Of a DNA stretch of 64,000 bases, positions 11,930 through 23,031 are shown in pieces (within the stretch, counting starts at the first letter, position 1; each line of letters begins with the position of its first letter). A model generated the notes under the pieces. It did not search any database. It worked only from the letters and a program-made list of their open reading frames with translations, and was not told where the DNA came from. The translations under genes were made by a program, and so were the position numbers. This stretch comes from Adineta vaga (Eukaryota > Animalia > Rotifera): positions 4,712,001-4,776,000 of the forward strand of contig CP075496.1 of assembly GCA_021613535.1 (NCBI GenBank), written 5' to 3'.

Positions 11930-13144
11930 TTAAGTTGATTTTTTTGCACGGCCAACAAATGAATCCATTGATGTATGTAGACCCAACATCTCATGTGCTT
12001 CAAGTTCAGCTTTCATCGGCGTAAGTCTAGTGATAAAAAAAGAAGAAAAAATCATAAAATTGTTTCAATACAAATATATATCCATTATTCAAACCTATCC
12101 AATACATATGTTACTATTAATGATTTCGGTAAAAGTAAAAAATATGTATTTTGTCGGATAGCTTTTATAATTTGGTTACAAACTTCATCTTGTTTTAGTA
12201 ACGGTACTAAATCACTAAAGATCAAATGAAAGAGAGCCTTATAGAATGAATTCAAATACTTCATACTTAGCAGCAGCTCCTTCAAACATGCCTGTATTTA
12301 TGAAAGACGGACAGACAACTGTTGTTTTGATTCCATTTTTTTTCAAACCACTTAATTCATGTCTAAAAATATCAATATGATCGAAATGTATTTACACTAT
12401 ATTAAAGAGAATTTTATTTACGTTAGTGCTTCATGTAAACCAACGGCAGCAAATTTTGATGAACAATAATCAACAAGACCAGAGGCACCGCCTAAACCTG
12501 CAGCACTAGCAATTGTAACAATATGTCCATGATTTTTCTCTATCATATATGGTAGAAATGCTTTCAGTATCTGAATTAATAAAAAAAAATTGTTATTGTC
12601 ATTCATATATATAAATTTTAGTATTATACCCAGAAATGAGCAATAACATTCACATCAAATGTACGTTGAATTGATGCATCACTACAACTGAGTAATGGTT
12701 TGCCTGAAACAACACCAGCATTATTAATAACTATTGTCACATTACCAATTGTTTCTTGAACCTATGTAATCAATACTTAACTTGATATCTTTTTACTTTT
12801 TAATTCATATTTACTTTCTTAGCACAATCGTAGATACTTTCTCGACTAGTTAGATCACATTTCATTGCATGAATACGATTTGATTTCGTAGCATTGTTCA
12901 ATTCTTCAGCAACACGAGCATTATTAACACCATCAACATCCCACAAAACAAGTGTACAGTCGAGATGAGCAAGACGTTCAGCAATACCTTTACCTAGACC
13001 ACTAGCAGCACCGGTAATGAGAACGATTTCTGACGATAGATCTTTGAGTGGCGTTCCACCATTTATGAGATTCAATAGATTATAAAACCAATGTTTAAAT
13101 AATATAAAAAGTACTCTGATATATTGTAGAATAACATTTCCCAT
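11930..13144 (-). CDS. SDR16C-family short-chain retinol dehydrogenase, copy A
   Basis: TGAASGLG cofactor motif, NNAG, catalytic [18 protein letters not shown] and an N-terminal membrane anchor. Six exons. Confidence 0.9.
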
Positions 13145-13373
13145 AGCTGTGACTTTGTCAGATCTAGAAAAGATATGTTTCTAAGGATAAATTATATCAA
13201 AATACATAGTACAAAATAAATCACATTGGAAAAGGAATTAAATAACATTGACTATGTTATATAATTAATAAAAATTGCAACAGAAAAATAACTAAAATCT
13301 TTTAATCACATGTATCATTCACAAATTGCTTTAAAAATCATTCTGATAATATTCATTGACAAAATAGAGGTAT

Positions 13374-14559
13374 TTAATGGCGTCCAACAAATGTATCCAT
13401 CGAATGATGAAGACCAATAGAACCTTGTGCTTCAATTTGAGCTGCTGTTGATGATAAACTACAGAAGAAGAGGAAAAACGAAGATTGAGAATGAAAATAG
13501 AATTATTCTTTGCTCTTCAAACCTCTTCAAAACGAGTCCTAAGCCTAATACTTTTGGTATCAACAACATATGTTGATCTTTTCGAATGGCATCAACAATT
13601 AAATCACATACATTATTAGATCGTAATAATGGAAATAATACACTAAATAGAATATTAATCAGATGCGATAAATTCTCGCTAATATTCTTACCTTGTTTTA
13701 ACACCCTCAAACATGCCTGTATCAATAAAACTTGGACAAACAACAGTTGTTTTAACTCCTGTTTTCTTCAAAGTAGATAATTCATGTCTGAAAGAAAATT
13801 GATCTGAATTCTTGAATCAATTTTAAGATTCAAAATCTTACGTTAATGCTTCGTGTAAACCAACAGCAGCAAATTTTGATGAACAATAATCAACAAGACC
13901 TGATGCACCTGTTAGACCAGCACCACTAGCAATTGTGACAATATGTCCATGATTATGTTCAAGCATCCATGGTAAAAATGCTTTGAGTATCTAAATAGAA
14001 AGAATGATTGTATAAAGTATACAATTTTTAAGATCTACTAACCCAAAAATGAGCAATAACATTCACATCAAATGTACGTTGAATTGATGCATCACTGCAA
14101 TCTACTAATATTTTACCAGAGACGACACCAGCATTATTAATAACCATTGTCACATTACCAACTGTTTCTTTAACCTTTATCATAAACATTATTGTAATTA
14201 TTTATCAACTGATTTCAATTTACCTTCTTAGCACAATCGTAGATACTTTCTCGACTAGTCAGATCACATTTCATTGCATGAACACGTTTCGATTTTGTTG
14301 CATTGTTCAATTCTTCAGCAACACGAGCATTATTAACGCCATCAACATCCCACAAAACAAGTGTACAGCCGAGATGAGCAAGTCGTTCAGCAATACCTTT
14401 ACCTAGACCACTAGCAGCACCAGTGAGAAGAATAACTTCTGAGTTCAGATTCTTTAGAGATGGTCCGCCAGTTAATGATTCAAATAGATCACGAAACCAA
14501 TGTTTAAATAGAACATAAAACAATTTCATATACTGGACAATAACTTCAATAGTAGACAT
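13374..14559 (-). CDS. SDR16C-family short-chain retinol dehydrogenase, copy B (tandem paralogue)
   Basis: Same motifs and the same intron positions as copy A. Confidence 0.9.
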
Positions 14560-15786
14560 CAGTGTGTTTTAAATCTAAAATCAAATAAAATCTTTTTGAT
14601 TGTTTAAAATAAAAAAGACAAAATCTTTGATGAATCATATTGAGCGATGCAAAATCTATTACGCTTACGCTCATTCGATTCATCCGATTATGTTTGCTCA
14701 CAGAACGACTATTTCCAAGTAGAGTAACTTATAATAAACAGTAAGATCTGAGAGTTTCTTTCTTCTTTAAGAATAGATGAATCGATTCAAATTCTATCTC
14801 TCACTAAGACTAAGTACTAAAGACTTGTTATTTGAGTAACAAGTATAATCAATATAGAATTCCAACGTAGAGAAAGATATGAGAGCTTACAATCATTTCA
14901 AGCTGTATTACTTGATAAATTTTCTATTATTATATTTTACTAAAAATATATAATATCCATAGAATAATCTTCTAATCTTAAAGATCTCTAATTACAGAAG
15001 TAAAACTTACTCAAGAAGGTGATCTACAAGCTTCAAATCGATGCATTGATTACGATACACATCAGAGACCACCTGCTGATATCATGAAAAATAAGTTCAC
15101 AGAAGCGAGGATCAAATTAAATTCCGTTAAACATATTCAAATGATTCTCGATCGTGTGTGCATTATGTTTTGCTATCTTTGTAACACTTTTCAATTGTTT
15201 GTTTGCCCTTGTTTTCTCAAGCATAATTGATAACAACGAACAACTTTATCATATATCACCTGCAAATAAGCATAGTTGAATCATATTGTCCGTAACGATG
15301 AAAAATATTTGAAAACTATAAGATCTTGCATCGATATTTATAGCGATAGGATACTGTTTTTTTGTTTTTGTTGCATATCTAAGAGATGTTCTCAAAATAA
15401 GTATTTTTGTTCCTATCTACTACTTGCATTTTATTATCAATGTATAATCAGTAGCAAATAAATAACCGTTTTGCATAGTAGAGTTTTATAGATGCCGCTA
15501 GGAAATGCACATAAATCTCTTAAAATATATTATTAATTTAACGGTGTCAATGATAATTACAATCCTAGTTCTAATTTATAGCAAATCATTAGAATGTATA
15601 TATATTTAATTTTAGTAAATGATTGATGTTTGTCTTCGAGAAACATAAGATGAGTCAACATGTTTATTGTATTAACAAAAAGAAATGAACATTTAATAAA
15701 GCTTTAATTTCACAAGTTATTTCAAATGGGAAAAGAAGAATCTGACTGTATCTATAGTTTCAAAGTTTATTTCTTTCATGATTAAT

Positions 15787-16357
15787 TTATTTGGAATTCT
15801 TCAGATCTTTATCAACTTGATTAATAAGCGATTTCAATTTGTCCCATTGATCAGCAGTCAAACTAATACCTAAATATATGTAGAAAAGAAAATTCTTCAT
15901 CAAATCATCATAAAAACTCGATGATCTCTTTTACCTTTTTTGCCTGGTTTTTCAACACCTTTATCGTCATAATATTCACGAATATTAATATATGGTTTAC
16001 CTCTGAATTCACTCACTGATACATAACGTAATTTACCAAACTAGAAACGTTTTCCATTGTAGATAACAAAAAGAAAGTATATAGAAATCTTTTACTTCGT
16101 AAAGTCGTTCACCATTTTGTCCAGATTTCGAGGCTACTCCTCCTTGGGCTCCATCATCGGATGTTTTCATACGTTTGTTTGATGACTATGTTAATACGAA
16201 TGAAAGATAAATTCCAGAAAAAAAGAGAACGTGAATTGTTTACATCATCTTTGTGAGTAGCTTCTTTGCTTTTTGGTTTTTTCGATGTTGAAACTGCACT
16301 AGATTCTTGATCACTTGCTGAATCAGAACTATCAATAAATTCTTTTGATTTTGGCAT
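15787..16357 (-). CDS. SUB1: Transcriptional coactivator PC4/Sub1
   Basis: [14 protein letters not shown]-terminus. Spliced exons give [28 protein letters not shown]...[13 protein letters not shown]. Confidence 0.92.
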
Positions 16358-16417
16358 TGTGTTTTTTTTACAATTAAATATCTTTTATCTACAATAGAAT
16401 ACTAAAAAAATATTCGT

Positions 16418-17332
16418 CTAATGTTTTAATTCTCTCAAAACAAATTCATAAGTAACAAATGTTATACAACAAGCTGGTACAACTCGGTAGAGTGCTGGTA
16501 CCATACCCTTATAAAATCCACCCATACCTTCTCGATAATATGTTTTTCTAATCACATCAAATACTCCAGTGTATTGTTGATGTTGATCTTGTAAACGTGT
16601 TCGAACAACTTGATACGGATAAGTTATACTAGCTGCAAATAATTTGGACACAGCGGAGAAAGTTAGAATCATTGAAGTCGAAAGTTGTGTTGTATGAAAA
16701 GTATTGCTATAGAAATCTTTCATTTGTTCATATGAAACAAATTGTATTGTACCATGAATTGTACCAAATATACCAGGTAAAAGACCTTTATAGAATGCTT
16801 TCATGCCTTCTAATCGGTAAATTTTTCGAATAGAATCAAACATATTTTCATAATGAATATTCTTCTTATAGTCAGGATATTGTAAGCACATTCGTGTTTT
16901 AATCACCCATATTGGATTAGTTATCGTTATCGTCGTTACACCAGCAATTGTCGAATAGATTATACGATCTTTTAATGTAAGATTATGTTTTTCTTTAGTA
17001 TTGAAAACATCAATGGTATTGTAGAGAAATAAATAAAGACCCCAAGACATTCCATTTCCAAGAACATTAGGTGTTACACCTTGATATAAACCATGGAAAA
17101 CTCCTTTCTCACGATAGATCGTTCGAAATGCATCGAATAAACTGCTATAATGTGGTCGATATGGTAATGAAGTATTGGTAACACTTGATTTGGTTTCTGT
17201 GACTTGAAAACGAATTTTAACTAAATCAAATGGATGAAGAATTACTGACGAAACAATACCACCGCTAAGACCGGCAAGAAATTGATTGTATTGAATTGTT
17301 GATAGTATACGAGAGAGAAAGGTATCATTCAT
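16418..17332 (-). CDS. SLC25A32: Mitochondrial folate/FAD carrier (intronless CDS)
   Basis: Three carrier repeats PFDLVKIRFQ, PIWVIKTRMCL and PYQVVRTRLQ. SWGLY and NPIWVxKTRxCLQY are typical of the folate carrier. Confidence 0.88.
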   Translation of the reverse strand: MNDTFLSRILSTIQYNQFLAGLSGGIVSSVILHPFDLVKIRFQVTETKSSVTNTSLPYRPHYSSLFDAFRTIYREKGVFHGLYQGVTPNVLGNGMSWGLYLFLYNTIDVFNTKEKHNLTLKDRIIYSTIAGVTTITITNPIWVIKTRMCLQYPDYKKNIHYENMFDSIRKIYRLEGMKAFYKGLLPGIFGTIHGTIQFVSYEQMKDFYSNTFHTTQLSTSMILTFSAVSKLFAASITYPYQVVRTRLQDQHQQYTGVFDVIRKTYYREGMGGFYKGMVPALYRVVPACCITFVTYEFVLRELKH

Positions 17333-17915
17333 CTAGAATAAATTCGAAACGAAGGTAAAACCCAAGAAATCCATCTAAATCATTTCGATCAACTGAAAGA
17401 AAAACCAAGTATACTTGAATTCAATATTCACCGATACAAATGCCAGTGAATCTCAATGCATCGATTATTCTCACTATCACAGTACGAATAAAATGTGGGT
17501 GTCAAAGTGAAGTACTTAGAAATGGGTAAACTCAAAACGAAAGAAAAGAACCTTGAAAGAACAAGCAAAAAGAATCTATAATTACAGTGGAAGTGAATAA
17601 CTGATTGGATTAAGCGAGATATGAATGTATACAATATGGCACTTTATACTGAAAGAGAAGTATATTTGATGAATTGAATCATCTACCTATTCTCAAGTTT
17701 TCAGATCAATAGACGAGTAAGTTCTAACTTCGAATTCATTCAACTAAAAAATTGAAAGATCACAAAAACGAGAAGTTCGTTTATTATCCTTTATATTCAA
17801 AATTGATCAAAACACGAGAAAATCATTAAAAAAATTGACCACTGCTTATATTTTTTTTGTTTATATATATTTTTCATATTTCTATTTCTTTCCGGTATAC
17901 GTATATATATATATA

Positions 17916-19109
17916 TTATTGTCTAGTATCTTGAAGAACATGATCAACATCAAGAGAAACAATAAGTTTATGTTTAATATCACCAAGACAAACAAGTTTA
18001 TTCATATCATTATTTGTTCCCTGTTCATTTGTAGTCGTCATTGAAGTCATTTCTGTTACCATAACATTTTGAAGGAATGATGTTGGTTGACCAATATCAA
18101 CGTCCAAATATGTATCATCATTTAATTTTAATCGACATTTACCAGATTTAAAGATTTGAAGTTTACCAAGAAAACCATCAGGTAAATCACTTAATGAAGC
18201 TAATTCAGGTTTAGATGTTGTTGATGTTGATTGACGTGGACATGGTAAAACATCAGGAAATTGCATGAGAATAAGCTGAGTTGGATCATTGAGAGATTCT
18301 TCGGGTTTTGGAATATCTGTTGGTATTTCTGGTTCTTCTTTAACAATTGGTTGTGTTGCCGATTGAAGTTTCTGTTGAGAAAATAAATGAATAAATGAAT
18401 CAATATGTTTAGATGACTCCAAAATTGGTTCTTTTATCTTCTGAGTAACACCTGGTTCTTTTTTAACGTCAAATACAGATTTGCGTTCAGATATTGGTAT
18501 TTGTCGAGGTTCATATTCTTCATCAATTTCATATTGTAAACCATCAACATCACCAATTAGAGTCGTTTTTCTTTGTCCAAGTTTTTTAATATTAGGCATT
18601 TTAAGATTTGATGCGGAATTTTCACGTTTAGTAGCTGATCCTCGTGAAGAAGAGAATGGCGCCGAAGATGCAACAGGTATTTGAGCATTGCCTTGAAAGA
18701 AACCTTCCATTTGCATGAAATTTCCACGATTATTATGACCACCACGATAATTTCCACGTCCACCACGAAATGATTGTGATCTATCACCATTCATTGTATC
18801 TTTTTTATTTGTCGACGATAAATCTTTATCAGAACTGGATAAGGATGTATCAATGGATGAATCTGTTTCATCTTTCTTTTTTTTTGAAATACCTAAATTT
18901 GGTGTAAATTTTGGTGCTGGTCGTGCAGTTGCACCAAGACTGGATGTTGCACCAGCATTTCGTTTCGCAGTCAATTGTTTCATCAATCTATCAGAATCTT
19001 CAACAGTTGATGAAGTAGTCGGACGTGTTACTGATGGACTTCGTGAAGAAGACGTTGATCTATCATCGGACGTAGCACCAGCTCCACGGCCTCGTCCTCG
19101 ATTAGACAT
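17916..19109 (-). CDS. POLR3D: RNA polymerase III subunit RPC4
   Basis: KFTPNL N-terminal motif, LMQFPDVLP and LSDLPDGFLGKLQIFKSGKCRLKL...LGDIKHKLIVS C-terminal domain. Real ATG taken at 19109, just after an acceptor-like tttttag. Confidence 0.88.
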   Translation of the reverse strand: MSNRGRGRGAGATSDDRSTSSSRSPSVTRPTTSSTVEDSDRLMKQLTAKRNAGATSSLGATARPAPKFTPNLGISKKKKDETDSSIDTSLSSSDKDLSSTNKKDTMNGDRSQSFRGGRGNYRGGHNNRGNFMQMEGFFQGNAQIPVASSAPFSSSRGSATKRENSASNLKMPNIKKLGQRKTTLIGDVDGLQYEIDEEYEPRQIPISERKSVFDVKKEPGVTQKIKEPILESSKHIDSFIHLFSQQKLQSATQPIVKEEPEIPTDIPKPEESLNDPTQLILMQFPDVLPCPRQSTSTTSKPELASLSDLPDGFLGKLQIFKSGKCRLKLNDDTYLDVDIGQPTSFLQNVMVTEMTSMTTTNEQGTNNDMNKLVCLGDIKHKLIVSLDVDHVLQDTRQ

Positions 19110-21105
19110 ATCTAAAAATGAAAGTGGATCTTTTTGAATTGCATCAAATCGGATAAAATCAGGATGATCATTGCATTGCAGCAGTTTTTTCAAAACTGTG
19201 ACGTGATGGTTTCATTTCATTCGTACTATAACTACACAATGTGATATAATATCGGTGATTCATGGATTAGAAATTGACGAATGAATATTATTGATTATGT
19301 ACATTTAATTTTTTGAGATAGTTTGGTAACACAAATTGTATTTACTATTTCTCAGATATAATTTAATTCTATACATTTATATTTGTAGAAATCGATTCTA
19401 ATTCCTTGAAAACTAACGACATCTTCAGGATTTTTAAATGAAAAACTACAACGTTTTTTTTAGCAGATATAGTACTTGATAGAAAAATTTTGAAATTCAA
19501 TATATTATTGAAAAGTAGATTTATGAAGTTTCTAAAATTAGAATGGTTCTATCACATTGAATTTCTTCGTAATACCATGTTAGTTTTTATTGTATAGTTA
19601 TCTCAAAACGTATATGTATAATCCGTTATGATCGCAATGATCTAGTGTGATTCAATTCAATGATAACAATGCTGTTAACTTTTCAGCAGTCATGGATTTC
19701 TTTTTGTTTACATCATTGATTGGCAATCAGTTGCGAAAAACATGAATTATAAGCTATATAACATATCTCAAGATTAGTCAAGTAAATAACCGGATGATAT
19801 TCAGACATTAGCACCTTACGAAAATGTCTGTTCAAATTGAATCATATTCATAAGCTTGCGTCCGATTTACTTTTCAAAAAAAATTCTTTGCGAATCAATA
19901 TTTTTTTCCAAGTTACATGCTAATGAAAAAAAAAGAGAGAGAACGATACGTGCCAAATTTGTTTGATATGTTTGATGAAACGAGGGGTGGCACAAAATTT
20001 CACGTAATAGATTGTTTGAAGATACACGTGTGCATGTAACACCTTTACTTGATCAACTACAAGCATCATTTGCCGTCTTGATCATACACACGCTAAGTAT
20101 ATACTCTAATCTGTAATTCTCTGTTCTCAGCACGAGATTTCTTTTGCCTTTTTTGTTCTAATATCTTATTCATAAAGAAAAACAAATTAAACAACACCTT
20201 TTTCAATAGCAACAGCTATTCACTTGCACGGTTGGTGACCACAAACTTCATATCGTTTGATTTAATGATTAAGTCACACCATCTCCATGATCAACAAGTT
20301 GTATACTTGTGGTTTCTTAAGCAAACTTAACTATGATGATCAATATATGTATAGAATGAAAAGGCTTCCTTTGAACACATTTTTCAATCGTCTTATGCCG
20401 CACGTTCGCGCATACACGTTTATTTGTGCAAGCAAATTGAGATTTTGCATCGGTTGTTAACCGATGCCTCCATGGCATCGTCAAGTTTGTTATACGAATT
20501 CATTTCTCATCATCATCGTCATGCACAGTTGTCGTCAATATTGATGAATCTGACGAGCAAATATTAATCCTGATTTTTTCTTCTTCTTCTTCTTCTTCTT
20601 CTTCTTTCTCGTTTCTTCTCTGTCAATCATTAAAAGTGACGAATACTCTTACTACTAGATAGATGATTGGTGTGCTTTTTTTTCTGATTTAATAGAAAAT
20701 AGGAACTGCCACCGATTCCGTGCTAGTTGTCTTATTGCGGACAGGAAACATTGAGAAACAAAGAAACGCACGCTCGTGCACATTCAAGTTGACATTTCCG
20801 CTCGTGTACATTTGCTCAGCTGTCTGAAATTCCGTTATTACCCAGCATGAGAGATCGTCACATCATGTCAAGAAATCATCGTTTTTTTTTCAAAAAACAA
20901 AAAAAAAGAAGACGACGTCGATGACAACACCGATAAAGGCAAAAAAACGAGAAAAAAAGCTGAATATAGGGTGAGAAAGAAAACGTAATAGAGAAAAGAA
21001 AACATTAGAATACAAGCAAGAGAGAAAAAAAGAGAAAAGAAGCAACGACTGTTATACAAAGGTGACAAAAAAATGTGATACATATGTTTATATAAACATA
21101 TCATA

Positions 21106-23031
21106 TCAGTTCCACGAATGATCATTATAAGTACCTCCGGCAGTAACGACTTGAGAAGGTGGAGGTGGTGTTGTACTTCCACTACTATGAAAACGTTGTT
21201 GTAGATCATCGGAATCCACACCCGTCGATTCTGGTACAGTGGCTGCTGGACCACCTGGTCCACTGGTTAAATCATGATGCATAGCAAATGATAGATCTGT
21301 ATTTAAATAAGAAATAGATAAAATTTCCATTGTTTTTTTTCTTCTAATATCTACATACCTCCCGGAGGTGGTGGAGGTCCTTGTGCTGGTGGTGGTGGTC
21401 CATAGCTAAGTCTTTGATGTAGTTCTTGTTGCATAAGAAAATCATTATAAGTTTGTGATGGTGGTCCTTGATACATAAAATCACCTTGAAATCCTTCTAT
21501 AGAAGAACAAAAAAGAAAAGAAATATAATTTCATCATTGTGTCATTTTATAATAGAAAAGATCTTTCTTACCTGGAAGATAATTTAAACCAGGATGAGGA
21601 ATCATTTCTGTCTCATCGAATGGTCTACCAGCTGTCACGCGTCGATAATAATGTCGTCGTGGTCCACCACATGTGATTGATTGTTTAATACGTCGTTCTT
21701 TTGATCGACGATTTTGAAACCATACTTGTATAACACGCATAGCTAAACCTGTTTCACGTGCTAATTCTTCTCTTGTATGTCGTGTTGGTTTAGGTGTTGT
21801 AGCAAATGCTGATTTCAATTGTTCAAGTTGTTTAGTTTTAATTGTTGTTCTTGGTCCACGTTTTTTAGGTCCATTGCCATTCATATTTGAATTATCTGTA
21901 TTATCAAGATTACCAGATGAATTTTTCTTTTGATGATGACTATGTGACGATGAACAACCGCTTGATGAATTATTTGTATTTGTCATACATATTTGATCAT
22001 CATCTTTACAATCTAATGAACAATCCGACATTGCAATATCACCATCATTCATCATCATATCATCTTCTTTTAAACAATCGGATGAGCTTAAATTGGAATC
22101 AGGTGTACTAGTTAGTAATGTTGATGTTGATGGTTGAAGTTGAAGTTGTTGTGGTAAGGAAGAATTTTCTTTATCAAAATCATGTATCGATGATGTATTC
22201 GTAGTTGTAGTCGTACTTGAAAGGTCATTTTCATTTTTGATTTCAAGATTTGTATTTGATAAACGATTCGAAGGTTGAGATCTGATATGACGATTTGGTG
22301 GTGTTAATTTACCATTTAATATTGACGAAGATTTACTAGTATCATCATCAAATTCATCTTGAAGAGAAGAAGAAAAAAAAAGGATAATGTTTTTCTAGAT
22401 GACATCAATTTGATTCTTACCAGATAGATTTTTACATAGATTTTTAGTATGTGTAAGAAAATCGTCTTTGCACATAAAACGATTATCTTGTGTTAAATGT
22501 ATCTCTTCGCCTGTATTCATTTTTCGTGAACAAATACAACATTTATAACAATCATAATGATACAATTGATCCCATGCACGTAAATAATATTCTCCTTGAC
22601 CAATTTCTTGTAGACAACCCGAACACCGACGACACCAGTAACGTCTTTAAACAAACAAACAAATCAAACAATTAAATTTGCTTTTCTTTACATTTTTTTT
22701 ATATCTCTTAAGATCTTATAATAATATCAATCATATTTCATGTCATAAGTATGTAGAAAAACAACTTTATACAATTGAATTAAACAGCCTTAGGAGGAGG
22801 TAAACCACTCTATAATTGCTATATCCTTTTTCTTTCCAATCATTAACAGACATACCTGTAAAAATCACGTTGACAATAAAGTTTACCATCACGTGTAAAA
22901 CATTTTTCCGTCAAAGGTTGACCACAATCAGCACATCGAATACAATTGGCATGCCAAAGACGATCTAATACTTCATAAATCCATTGATCTTGTATCGGTT
23001 CACAACAACCAGCACATACGGAAAACGTCAT
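21106..23031 (-). CDS. Lhx1/5: LIM-homeodomain factor of the Lhx1/5 (lin-11) group
   Basis: Two LIM domains (CAGC...WHANCIRC; CSGC...YHYDCYKC) and homeodomain [59 protein letters not shown]. Five coding exons; further 5' exons possible. Confidence 0.92.

Noticed and set aside
19110-19193. N-terminal extension of POLR3D in the ORF track
   Set aside because: It begins at a non-ATG codon and crosses an acceptor-like site; the ATG at 19109 is preferred.
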